A stretch of 64,000 nucleotides of DNA, from positions 25,161,520 to 25,225,519 of the forward strand of contig OZ316893.1 in the NCBI GenBank assembly GCA_973895155.1, read 5' to 3'. Of the stretch, positions 1 to 12,402 are shown in pieces; position 1 is the stretch's first letter; every line of letters starts with the position of its first letter. Source of the stretch: Marsupella aquatica. Lineage: Eukaryota; Plantae; Marchantiophyta. The notes under the pieces are model-generated. The model did no database searches. It was not told where the DNA came from and was given only the letters and a program-made list of their open reading frames with translations. A program made the translations under genes and the position numbers.

Positions 1-227
1 GGGCAAGGGCCACAACGTTTCCAGCCCTTCTTGTCCTGACCTTTACATTCATAACAAACAAAAAACTATATTGAAATTATAATGAAACTCCCATGTGAAA
101 CTATGTATGTGATGCTCAGATGTAGCATTTGTAAAGATACTCTGGACAAACAAAATCTGCTTTTTGGCATTATGTTTGGGAATGTTGAGGGCTAATGTTT
201 TTAGGACTTTCCCATGCAGGACAGCCC
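1..227. mobile_element. Partial PIF/Harbinger-type MITE, same family as about 46876-47211
   Basis: Colinear blocks shared with 47010-47211 (GGCAAGGG, CATAACAAACA, TGGACAAACA.AATCT.CTTTTT, ATGTTTGGGAATGT.GAGGGC). Ends in the TIR-like CATGCAGGACAGCCC at about 213-227. The left end lies outside the window. Confidence 0.5.
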
Positions 228-1093
228 TACTGGCACTACCTTTTTTGACCCTCAACTTCACACATGGCATGTAGGTACTCACTGAGAATATTGTAGAAAG
301 TCTTTGCTTGTCCGATAGGGCTTAGAAAAGCCTTACATTGTCCGGCCCTCAAACTGACTCATGGCAAAATACAAGTGAGCTAGAGAACAAAGCCTAACCC
401 CCTCCCATGCCAGATCAGACCACAATCAATTAGGAGTTACAAGGGCAAGTTACTCTCCTGCCCTTGAGATCCCGATCTCAAATTCCAACATAAAACAAAG
501 CCCAAAAGGGACCCATGTCATTGTAAGATTTGCCATGTGCCAGGCAACAGATACTGTTGTCCAACAAGATCTACTTTTTCCTAAAGTTTCACGAATACTG
601 AAGGCCGTATTGTTGAGGACCTTCACATGAGAGTTGGCTCTGAGAGTGTGAGTGGCCTTGAAGAATGCCGCCCTGAAGTTGACTGATGTGAGCATAAAAG
701 TGAGTGAGAGTTAAACGCTAGACTTGCAAAAGTGTGGAGTTGTAAGGCCACCTGAGCGGACAGCAGGCACCTTCTTGGCAGTTTTGATATTGTTTGGGAT
801 AACCTTTGTTAACTTGTTGGTTGATCTTTCTTGCTTTTTAGTGAGCAAGACTCTGAATTCATCATGTAAAAATAAGATCCAGAATTATGATTATGTAAAT
901 GTAAATAAATGATGGAAGTCTAAAGTAAAACAGAATGATAGCAAAATCAACCACTGTCCACATGAAAAAGCGAAAAGTAATGAGTGCAACTAAGTCTACA
1001 CCAATAATTATGCTCAGTGAGTGGAACACTAGCCCTACCCCGTACTTCCTGGTTTTTGATGAGGCTGTTTTTGATGAGGTTGAGGGCGAACTC

Positions 1094-1350
1094 GTTTTTG
1101 ATGTTGAAGGATGAACATATAAAGTGGGTAAGAGAAAAGACTAGAGATATGCTTAGTAGACCCCTTTTTGGAAAAAGTTTGCTTAATCAACCCCCTCTAT
1201 ACTGTTCCCCAATCTGGACCGTTGATGGACCTTTTGATCTCAAATCTGGACCGTTGATAGACCTCAGGGGGTCGACCAAGTAACAAGTTTCATTTTGGGG
1301 GTTGATCAAGCAAATACCCACTTATATGTTCATCCTTCAACATCAAAAAC
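1094..1350. repeat. Fold-back/MITE-like element with about 36-bp terminal inverted repeats
   Basis: GTTTTTGATGTTGAAGGATGAACATATAAAGTGGGTA (1094-1130) is the reverse complement of 1315-1350 apart from one indel. There is an inner inverted pair TTGCTTAATCAACCCC / GGGGTTGATCAAGCAA and a twice-repeated ATCTGGACCGTTGAT. No TSD found. Confidence 0.65.
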
Positions 1351-2820
1351 AATAATACCAATAAGGGAGTCTAGGTGACCTTTATCCTGCCCCGGCATCA
1401 TAAACAAAATAAGGCAAAATGATTACACTGTACACAAACTAGCCGTATCCTTACTGAGTAACCCATCTCTATTGGGGATCAAGGGGGATCAAGGGCTGTA
1501 ACCCTTTGCAGGCCAAGGGGTTCGGAGCTTGTAACCCACTCTAAGGTGACTGGGCTGCCATTCACTAAACATCCCTACTATATGATATGCACGGAATAAT
1601 GGACTGGACTGCCACATTACATACTCTGGCCATGCCAGAAGTCCCCTATTGTTAACTTGTCCCCTATAGGAGACCATGGGCCGTAACATCCTCCAGTCCA
1701 ATATTAATGAACCCTTAAAAATCCATTTTTTTGCCAAGGTGACGAATGTCAACCTTGAGTGAAGGATTCCTTATCTAATTTTAGGAAAATTAGATATCAC
1801 GCATTAAATCTCCTTAGAGTTAAGGATAACCCATCAGATTCTGCCTAGTGGGGTCTATGGCTAGATGGGAAAACTGGCTAATCAAAGAGAAAATACTTGA
1901 GAAAGTTTTATCGAAAGTGGTGTAGATTTTTCAGTGTGAGGTGGAATTGGGCAAAATATTTGCCACAAAAAAACGCTGGTTCAGAGCCCATAACCCCTTC
2001 TAGATGTGGGTTATTCTATACTAAACACCCCCATCCCCCCCTCTCCCCACAAGGCTAAATATATTCACAGTCTTACAAAGTGAAATGTGTCATTAGTTTC
2101 TCGGCTACAAGGCCAAAATCCCTAATCAGGTGACCCCGTCTCTGTTGGGGACATAGGTTGTGACCCTTGTGGGTTCAGAGCCCATAAACTCCTCTAGGAA
2201 TGGGTTACCCTACACGTTAAACCCCTTCAAGATTTTGGGCGATAATTTATGGATTTCTGTGTATTTTTGTGTATTATGGACGACAATGCCCATCACAGGC
2301 TATGCAAGGGATCAAACCTCTTCCCAGTCACCCTCAACTAACAGCTACTGTAGGATAAAATCTAGTCCAGACAAGGATTGTCCCTGTGGTGGTTCTTGTA
2401 AAGCCCGCCTAAACCCCCCATTTTGGGCACATTCTAGCCCACACTGCCCTGGACACATTGTAAATGAGACTGGAGTGCCACGTACATTAGCTATTCTGGC
2501 TGCAAGGCCACATCCCTACTCCATAACCCATTCCTCTATAATTGGCACTGGGAATCATTTGTTTGTATGCTCCTCAGAGGCCGAAACCCCCTCTATATAT
2601 CAAATACTAATAAAGAATGTCCACAAGCTACTCTGGCTATGAGAGGCCATGTCCACTCGCCACATGGCAACTCGTCGCCAATGCAATGCCTCGATTATTA
2701 TTAGCAGCATTTGCCTCATTCAACTATCCCCCTCCGGAAGTCAGGCATCTGCTATGGAAAAATCCTATTTCGTAGCTATACAGGATCATTCAATGGAGTA
2801 GTCTGCAGAGATTTGTTTAC

Positions 2821-2882
2821 CAGTTTTTGTGGCGGATCAAATGGCTGACAGTTTTTGTGGCGGATCAAATGGATCAAATGGC
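2821..2882. repeat. 28-bp tandem duplication
   Basis: CAGTTTTTGTGGCGGATCAAATGG occurs twice, followed by a partial ATCAAATGGCT. Confidence 0.75.
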
Positions 2883-3160
2883 TTTACAAGAACTTGGGGG
2901 CAGCCATTCCATTTTTTCTAAGTGAAAGATGCAATCCTAGCCATTCATATGTGGGAACTGGCCACACTTCACTTTACATGAACTTGGGGGCACAATGAAC
3001 AAAAAGCATTACCGAACCTAGTCATCTGTCAGTGGGCTCCTTGTGGGTCCCTTTTTTTGGTGAGGTGTGCAAGCTTTTTTGTCAAAAACTTAGACCTCCT
3101 CTTGAGGTGGTCTAACTCAGGCATTTTAACTTTTGTGGAATGAAATGGCCATCAGCTTTG

Positions 3161-3238
3161 CTCTGGATGAAGAGAGAGTGAACTGCCCCCACCGTCTTTA
3201 CTCTGGATGAAGAGAGAGTGAACTGCCCCCACCGTCTT
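3161..3238. repeat. 40-bp tandem duplication
   Basis: CTCTGGATGAAGAGAGAGTGAACTGCCCCCACCGTCTT occurs at 3161 and at 3201. Confidence 0.85.
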
Positions 3239-4499
3239 GTAAAGCCCCCCTGAGTCGGGTTCTTCCTAGCTTCTTTGCAACTCCAATGGCGGATCGACGT
3301 CTTCGTACAGTTCTCTGCAATCGAAGAAAGTTGTCATGGCTGGTGAGGTTTTGGTACAATCTTGTCTTTAGAGTTTAGAGTGAAAGACGTGATGGTTCAG
3401 TTCCATGAAACTCTAGATTTCACTCTGTCCAAGAAAAAAACTATAATAGTTTACAATAAATGATCCCTGATCTCCGGTGACCGTTTTCGAAAGTATATAA
3501 TAATCAGATCGAGTCGTGATTGCATCCTCGCTTTACTGATGGACTTTAAATGCTTCTAGCTCGGTGAATCTCTGTACCGTGGCAGTTGAGTGTGGGGAAG
3601 CAGTAAATTCGCATCGTGGAGCTCTGGGGGAGGCGCCTACTGCTCCACTGGATTGCTTGGTTATAATCGTCATTGGTCAGCCCGGTGGACAGACTGAGTA
3701 TGAAGCAGACTGATCCTAACCAATTCAGTTTCCTGCAGCCAGAGATTTGTCAACCTCGAGGCACAGTCGTTTGAGGACACTGTTTGAGGATAACAATCTC
3801 GACAGACTGTTAGTGTTTTGCAAAAACTGCCCAAATCCAATCGAGGAGAGGAGCGGGCGTTTGTTCATTACTCTTGGATTGAGCAGGCCCGGCTGTGCGT
3901 CGTGTAGGCACTGCAGCTGCTGGTGAGTCTAAGTCGTAGACTAACACACACACTCACCAAAAAACAGTTTGTCTGCCGGACTAACTGTCTGCCGAAATCT
4001 GACATAACTTTAGCTAGCTACGCTAATATCAGTAGCTCACTAGCAAATCTATGAAGGACGGAAGTTGGACTGGTCGAAGGTGAGTCACTGAGGAGAAGAG
4101 AGTCCTCGATCGTACCGTTTATCCCGCATTGATCACCACGTCGCTCATTGCTCTCGCATAAGTAAAGTTCTACTGCGCATTGGGTAGGGCAAAGCAATCC
4201 ACCCAACACGAAGAGGTGCATACAATGGTAACTCGTGGTTTCCGATTCAATTGCTGAGGGATAAAATTGAGAGGTGAACTGGACGGGTGAGTCGAACTGC
4301 AGACTGATCAAGGGCGAGTGCAGCTAGATGTCCCGGATCTTTCTTGCACGGTATCATGAAAGTGATATAGAGAGTGACAGAAGGATATAATTACCCTCTC
4401 AGCTCTTACGCGCTATCCGGAGCGGAGCGGGGCAGGGCCGGGGCGGGCCAGCCGAATTGCGTCGAGCTTCGAAGCCGGAAGATTAAGTAAAGGGAGATC

Positions 4500-7400
4500 A
4501 TGAGGGGAGTTCAAAGATGTGGCCTTGCTCAACTTCTGGCTCTACTGCAGCTGCTGATGGTGGTGGCAGGACAGGTACGTTATTTACGCGCACGGCACCC
4601 CTCAACTTTCTCGTAGATATGGATTGCAACTTTACGTTTATACTTGTGACTTGTAACCGGTGTTTGTTCACAAACCAAATCTCCGACCAGGCTTTTTGAA
4701 TCGCTTGAATTTGTCGAAGTGCTGGATCGGTGCTGGATCATGGTTCCATAATCGTGGAGTCCACTATATACCATAGCTGGCTTTAAAGCCCGAGATTAGA
4801 GCTCACTGGCCTGTGTCAAGGTATTCGTTGGTGACATGTACTTTTAAGTGGGGACTTTATGGAGAAAGGGTTCAGATATAGAATCGGTGGTTTCCAAAGT
4901 TGCCTTTTTGCTGGAGCGTTTAGACTTTCCTTTCTTGGTAATGATTGCATCACTGAGGTTGAAATTTTTAGTTTTCTTTGCCCCGAATTCGTCCAGCCTA
5001 CTTTGTCTCGGCTTGTCTGTGAAAAAATTGCAATTACATTGGTTTCAAAACTCGACATTAGTGGGATTCGAAGTTATGTTTCTTGTCACGGGTGATTCAG
5101 TTGGACTGGCTGCAATTGGGTGGTGTTTGCAAGCAATCAAGCAAGCAAGCAAGAGAGGGATGTGTACTGTTTATTACGTTTCGTCGTCACTCTGTTAGCT
5201 TTCTCAATATGACTCTCTCGTACCTCAGTTCACACGAATTAGACCTAGATAAAATGCATCACCATTACTTAGCAGACCACCATTACCTGGTTCTGCATTT
5301 CCAGTGTGTTCGAGCAACTACTCTAAGCACTCGGATGGAAGAACTACCTTCCAAAGTGGATTATCTTTCCCGGGCTACGAGGCACAATCTTCCTCTCACT
5401 TTCGATTGGGAAAATGCGGAATTGGACATTAATTGGGTGCGCGGCATTATTCCTTGAAGCGTCTCGTAGCCTTATACTACACTTGAGGCTACGAGCTGTA
5501 GGGAGACAACGTATGACTGTCCGTTGTTAATGGTCGTAAAAACTGTTACTTGTCCTTGGTTGCTGGCCAGCTTCTCACGAGCCTGCATGAACGGACTAGA
5601 TATTTTCGTGGACTATTTCCTACGGCTCGTTTGCTGACCCTGGTCATCAGGATTGTTTGGCCTCGACTTTCTGCCCGGTCGGTCTCCATCTAGTCCCCCC
5701 CTAGTGCTCCGTTCGGAACCTAGTCCATTCGGAACTCGGAAGAGATGTTATTTTCTGTTGAGAACGTCTAGTTTACTCCTCTACCTAGACCGCCGTGCAG
5801 CTCGGCTGAGTTCAGCCCAGGCATTGCCGTTTAGCGGTTTAGACGTTGGAGAGAAGTTTTCCCCCACGTGTTTAACCTCGATTACTCCATGGGTCTGGCG
5901 GCCTGCAGACACTCGCCGCAGATAATGGTGCTCTTGAGCACCCCTACCGCTTTCCTGGCCCTGCACGCTACTTAAAGCAAACTTTAGCATTGGGTTATTT
6001 TATTACCCCTCAAAGCGCATCCAGCTGTCGAAAAAGCTAACCACATTTCCATCCTGCTTCCACGACGATTGTGCGTCGATAGAGATTAGGCCCAGCGCCA
6101 GAAATGGCCACCGAGGTTTGATCTGAGCTGGGATATATACATCCTATTTCTGACAGTCAGAGAAGTGACAGCTGGAAAGCTCACTATGGTGGCTCTCGAT
6201 CAGGATTCTCTATTCGTCTGGGACTAAATTTTATTCTCGAAGATGATCACGCTCCAGAATTGCCCAGACGCCAGCTTCAGTGGGTTCCAAGCAGCTATGA
6301 TGCCGATCACTGCGGTTGTTGGAGTCAGCCGTAAAATGGTCGCTTATCGATGTACATGTAGGCACGAGCGGGATTCAATGTACCTGCTGTCAATCAGCAT
6401 TGCAATATAGATCCAGAGGGCATAGAATGAGAGGAGGTGTTGGCTCCTGGGCGGCTCTCTTTGAAGTCAGCTTAATTCTGTTAATTTCATGCATATGGGG
6501 ACCGAGCTACTGAAATCATTATGTAAACTGAGATCATGCTGAGGAGCTGACAGTGGAGCCAGGATGTGGATTTATTGTCTTACACGTACTTGGTGTGCTG
6601 GTTGGCAATGGACAGCAATCCTTTGTGGTGTACATGGGTGGTCATCCCGCGGGGGAAATCTCGACTACAGCGCACGAAGACAAGCTCGCCTCACTACTGG
6701 GAAGGTACGCTGCGAAATTGCGAAGCCGTATTTATTGTTGAGTCTTTTCCTTTCTGCTTGGTGACTTGGTCTCACGGAATCTGCAGCATGATACAGCCTT
6801 GATGTCATAGTACTCCTGCACGGTACGGTAGGTTTGCAATAAAGCAACTTGGACCAATCATTTTGGATTGGGGAAGTTTTCTGGTTGGCGTGTTATGTTT
6901 GGTACGGCAAAAATCGCGATAGAGCCAATAGCAATTCTAAGATTATAAGAACAGTAAACTTTCGTATGATGAAATGGGACAAACTTCATCAATTATATTG
7001 GAAAAATTCCGATACATTGCCGCATGGTTTCCCAAATCTCTGTGTAACAGTAACCTCTGCAAGGAATCTGCAGTGGCAGCTCAAAGATTAGCATCCGAAG
7101 TGGAGCCTAATTGGCATAATAAAAGGGGTACAAATGTCATCATAGTCGATTGGATTGCAACCCTTTGCCGGTTGCTTTACAAATAATTCTTTGCAATTGG
7201 AACCTCAGCAACGGGCGGTTTTAGCATTGACATGTCCGAGGAAATTGAAGCTTGCGTTTACACGATACGCAATTTTCGGTCTTAAACAACTCTCCTTGGA
7301 GATACAGATAGCACTTGGAGATTGCCCGTCTGGTATATACGATCGTCATGTATTTTTAGGAACACCTTTAATATGGGGTAAGGTTGAAGGTCATACGGAT

Positions 7401-10400
7401 TGATGGGGATCTGAGAAGAGTTTGCAGGGATTGAAGTGTAACTTATCGGTTTCTGTCACCATTCTCGGAGCTTGTCGTTTGGTTGCCGAGGGACGATTTC
7501 TCTTAGGTCGCCTTGTTGACGTGTGGTACCGCTTTTGTGCGTGCAGCCAAGCTGCTGCTAGCGATTCCATGATCTACAGCTACAAGAACTTCAACTCGTT
7601 CAGTGCCAAGCTCTCCTTGGAACAGGCAGCTGCTCTTCGAGGTAATGTCATGTCGAGACCTGTGGCGGAGAGTTCCGGCCGACTTTTGATGTTGCTACCT
7701 CTGACTGTACCTGCCTTCCTTCTGGTAGGAGTTGCCATATCGAATTCATTAAGTCACAGAAACCTTCATTGCGTGTTGTGTTCTCTCTACGGGGTGGGGA
7801 AGTCAGTCACACCAATTGCTTTAGTACCTCTTGTTATTTTCACGGGTGGGAAGATTCCGTCGACTTTTTCCAGTTCCACCATTTTGCTGCCCGGAAGTTT
7901 ATTCTTAGAAGAACTTCGATACCATGAATCCTTAGGTCAACATTTCGAACGTCAGATCTGGAGTGAAGCTTTAGCAGAGGATCTGTTCGGGTTGCTATTC
8001 CTTCTGAGGCTGTCTGGCAGTCTTACCTTTTGATTTAGTTGTTGTTCTGTACGGTTGTCTGCTGTCCCTCCGCAATACTCTACATTGTAGAATCATAACA
8101 AGGATGTTGATAACGGATGTGGCAAGTAATAAAAGGATTCTTTGAGCTTCCTTGATCGATTTTCTATGCCTCTCTGATCCTTTGTCCCTTTTTCCTATGC
8201 ATTTAGTAGATTGTCATCGAGATATCCCTTTGTTGTCAGTTGCCATTTTGGTCGTCTGGTTGATAAAAATACTGCTAGAAAATCATAACGGATTGCAAAA
8301 ATCACTACACTACATTTTGGACTTGTGGGCCTCGAGCAATATGTTCTTTGTGGTCGGGACATTTAATGAGGAACTCCAACTGTGGTGAGTGTACCCATTC
8401 ACTGGACAAGCCAGCTAACTAGCCATTTCTGCAAATGTAAGCAGGCCATGAGGATGTTGTTTCAGTCTTCCCCAACAAGGCTCAAAGTCTCCACACGACG
8501 CATTCCTGGGAGTTTCTGGGGTTGGAAGACGCGTATGGTAATGTTCCTGTCAATTCGCTGTGGACAAAGTCCAATTTTGGAAAGGACGTGGTCATTGGTC
8601 TCTTGGATACTGGCGTATGGCCTGAATCTGCAAGTTTCAACGACGCAGGGATGGATCCCATCCCTGCCAGTTGGAAAGGAGAATGCACTCCGGGGGATGA
8701 TTTTGGCCCCGCGTACTGTAACAAGTAAGATCAGCACTATTACTTGTTGATTCGCCTCAATCCTTTACCTATTTTTTCTATCAATTTTATTGCAAATAAT
8801 ATTTAGCAGTTGATTTGGGGCTCTGGCAGAACAGCAGAGGGAGAGATGTATGCAAGGGTTCCTCTATTCTTTTATGGCAGTCATCATGGTTGCCAACCTT
8901 GTGGCCATATTTCTAGGCACGATGTGCATTAGCAGCTATGGTGGTGAACTACCTGATCTTGATCCTTTCCATCTCAAAATCTTCACTGGTGGGGATTTCA
9001 CAAGCCCTTCTGAAGTGTGAGACCTTGAGGCATGCCGTACATAAACCAGAAAACTCGTGTGAGGTCAATCGTTAGAATTTGGGTGATCACAATACACTTT
9101 GTGGTATAGTTTCCTATGCTATCAAGCCCGTGACTAGAAATCTCTGGAACTAGTCCAGAAGTGCAGGTCCGCGTCAAGTAGGTTGCAGGTCAATCTATCA
9201 ACCATAGCCCTACTTTGCTTTCTGTGTGCACTGAGAACTTCCCTCCAGATGTTTGTATCATTTATATGTTAGAGACTCACACATGCATGACTCTCCTCTG
9301 AACACTCTCAACAGAAAATTGATTGGAGGGCGATTTTTTGTCAAAGGCTTCGAGGCTCAAGAGGGTCCTATCAATAAAACAATCTTTCCAGATTATCTTT
9401 CGGCCAGAGACGTAGACGGCCACGGAACCCACACCAGTTCAACAGCAGGGGGCAGCTATTCAACAAATGCCAGCTGCCTCGGATTTGCATCCGGGACAGC
9501 TAAGGGCGGAGCCCCTCTTGCCAGAGTTGCCATGTACAAAGTGTGCTGGCCAAGTTCTGTCGGCGCTGGTGGATGCTATGACGCAGATATCTTGGCGGCC
9601 TTTGATCAGGGTATTTCAGATGGGGTGGATGTGTTTTCTGTCTCTCTGGGATCCAATCCTCCACTTCCTGATCTTTTCGCGGACGGCATCGCCATTGGAT
9701 CTTTCTACGCCTCTCAACGCAATATTTCTGTTGTGTGTTCCGCTGGGAATGCCGGACCCATGGCAGGGAGTGTTGCCAATGTGGCCCCTTGGATTACCAC
9801 TGTCGCAGCGGCCACTGTTGATCGTGACTTCGCATCCAATGCAATGGCTGGCAACAATATCACCATTCACGTCAGTTTCTTTCCCTTTCTGGTCATTTCG
9901 TGGCAGTCGATGTTTCTGATTGTTGAAGCTTTCTTAGATCTTGTGAGAGCGGGTAAGAGAGATGTGAGTATGCCCCAAAGTCCTGTAGAACGCATACAAA
10001 ATGGGGCATTGACAAATTATGAATTGTTCATTGGAAAGTTAACGATGTAGATTAAGGTGTTCTTGGAATGCACACTTCACAGACCAACAGTTATAAAATT
10101 GGGCTTGATGTCGTGGTGCGAGAGTTCGATCTGAGGCTGCTCCTTCTTGTGATCTAAGCTATTTATCACCTGTCATTCGAGGAGGGTCAAGGAACAGGTT
10201 TAGTGAGCTGAAACTAAAGTAAACACAGCATTATACGTTATCCTAGTTGATACTAATACGAAATTTTTGGATATGTGGAGACCTAATGATGGTTGAATGT
10301 TTTTACTTGTTAACAGGGGGAGAGTCTCGCACAACAACAATTAGGGGACAAGTTCTTTCCTTTGGTCTCTTCAGCTGATATTTACAGCAATTCCTCCAAC

Positions 10401-12402
10401 TCTTCATCTAGGTCCGCTCTCTACTGCGAGAATCTGTACGACAGAAATTGGAGCAATTTCAATCTTGATCCATCAGATTGGACGAATTTTGTATGACTAA
10501 CAGGCGGATGTTTGATGTTTACAGCCAGATGTGCTTCCCAGGATCTTTGGATCCTGCCAAAGCAAAAGGGAATATAGTCTTATGTCTTAGAGGGGTGACT
10601 CCTCGGATAGATAAGGGAGAGCAGGTGAAAGCTGCTGGTGGAATTGGAATGATTCTCGCCAATGATCTCGCGAGTGGCGATGAATTGATCTCCGATCCGC
10701 ATGTTTTGCCGGCGACTCAAATCACTTATGGAGATGGCGTCAAAGTGCTTTCCTATGTGAACTCAACACAGTAAGTGTTTATATCTTTTATTTAGGTTTG
10801 TTGAACGTGCCTTGCAACTTCCATTGACTTTCCTCCAAGTCAAATTTCAAGGAGGCTGTTGAGACCCAAGGAGAAACTCTGTCTGTTGTGATGACAGTGG
10901 CATGATGACCCGCAGATCTCCTGTTGCTAAGCTGAGTCCTGCAACAACTGTTATTGGAGTGAAGCCGGCTCCAGTGCTCGCAGCTTTCTCGTCTGTGGGT
11001 CCAAACTCTTTATTTGCAGATCTGTTGAAGGTAAGGCATACATCCGCCTAATTTGATGTCTTTGTTTCCTTGGCCTGTCTCATCCAGTAATAAGCACAGA
11101 ATTGCTGTTACCACGACGTACTAGTAGTCACTAACAAGTTATTGATGAGGAGAGAGTCTGAGAAGCAGGACTTAGGATTTGAGAAGCAGCTTCACGAAGT
11201 AGATGAGTGTATTTCAAAAGCATGGGTAAGCAGAGGCAACAGGGTTGGATGAATTGCTAAGCACTGTGGGTCAATGGCTTGCAGCCAGATATAACAGGGC
11301 CAGGTCTGAACATATTGGCTGCCTTCACTCAAAATCATTCAGTAACAGGCTTGCCTGGAGACACCAGGATTGTGAAATACAATATTATTTCAGGCACTTC
11401 TATGTCATGTCCCCATGTAGCAGGGGCCACAGCTTCTCTGAAAGCTTACCACCCTACATGGACACCCGCCGCGTTACGCTCAGCTCTTGTAACTACAGGT
11501 GTGTAAATCATACGCTACCAATTCAATGTGCACGTAATCTCGCGTCTCTAGTCATTTATACCAAACGTTTAGATCATTCATATTACGGTGTCGGGTGAGA
11601 GTGAAACTAAATTTAAACATTCACCTTCGTACTTCCAGATTCCGAACACAACTATTTTGAGAAAATTTGGGCTTAATGCAATAAAAGGGATATCTTAGAT
11701 GCTAGTCACCTGTTATTTCCCGCGTGAGATCTATATTGACACCAACAACACAGATCAGAATGCTGTAGGTGGGAAATCTTGGGGTGGTATTTGGTTTATT
11801 AGTTCATGTCACTGGTCAACTTCTTCTCTCCAGCTAACTCCTCGATATGTTGTCTTGCAGCAACTCTTTTTGACAACCTGAACGAGAAGATATTGAATTC
11901 GTCGTTGAGTAGCAGCAGTCCCTTTGGCGTTGGGGGTGGATACCTCAACCCCAACGCTGCTGCAGAGCCAGGACTTGTCTATGACAACAATCCAGCTGAT
12001 TACTTCTTATTTTTATGCAGCCTCGGGTATTCGAAAGCCAGCATTAGTGCTGTCAGCGGGAAAAACTACACATGTCCCAAGAATTATACCACCGTCAGTG
12101 ATTTCAACTATCCTTCACTTTCTATGGCTCGGCTGGCATCAAATGCGGCAGTGAAGAGAACCGTCACGAATGTTGGAACAGCCTCAAGCACTTACAACGT
12201 GACAATTATCTCCCCTGCAGAAATCCTCATTAGCATATCACCCTCTGTGCTTCAGTTCTCGACCTTGGGAGAAACGAAGACATTTTATGTGACCCTCACC
12301 AAACTCACGTCCACCAAAGGGGATTACGCCTTCGGTTCTTATACTTGGAGTGATGGAACACATTCTGTCCGAAGCCCAGTGGCGATCCAAACCTTTCAAT
12401 GA
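4500..12402 (+). CDS. Secreted subtilisin-like serine protease (S8A, SBT5-like): signal peptide, I9 prodomain, S8 catalytic domain with PA insertion, Fn3-like C-terminal domain; 10 exons
   Basis: Phase-consistent GT-AG exons 4500-4574 (MRGVQRCGLAQLLALLQLLMVVAGQ), 6616-6704 (SFVVYMG), 7547-7641 (IYSYKNFNSFSAKL), 8445-8724 (LHTTHSWEFLGL, LDTGVWPES), 9315-9870 (DGHGTHTSST, SAGN), 10317-10411, 10525-10770 (PA), 10916-11030, 11285-11498 (PDITGPG, SGTSMSCPHVAG), 11861-12402 (DFNYPS, WSDGTHSVRSP). The D/H/S triad and oxyanion N are intact. Confidence 0.95.

Noticed and set aside
1400-2700. 160-aa ORF 2160-2642 and dispersed short repeats
   Set aside because: Looks like decayed repeat DNA (1981-2030 resembles 2175-2225); no protein motif or element boundaries.
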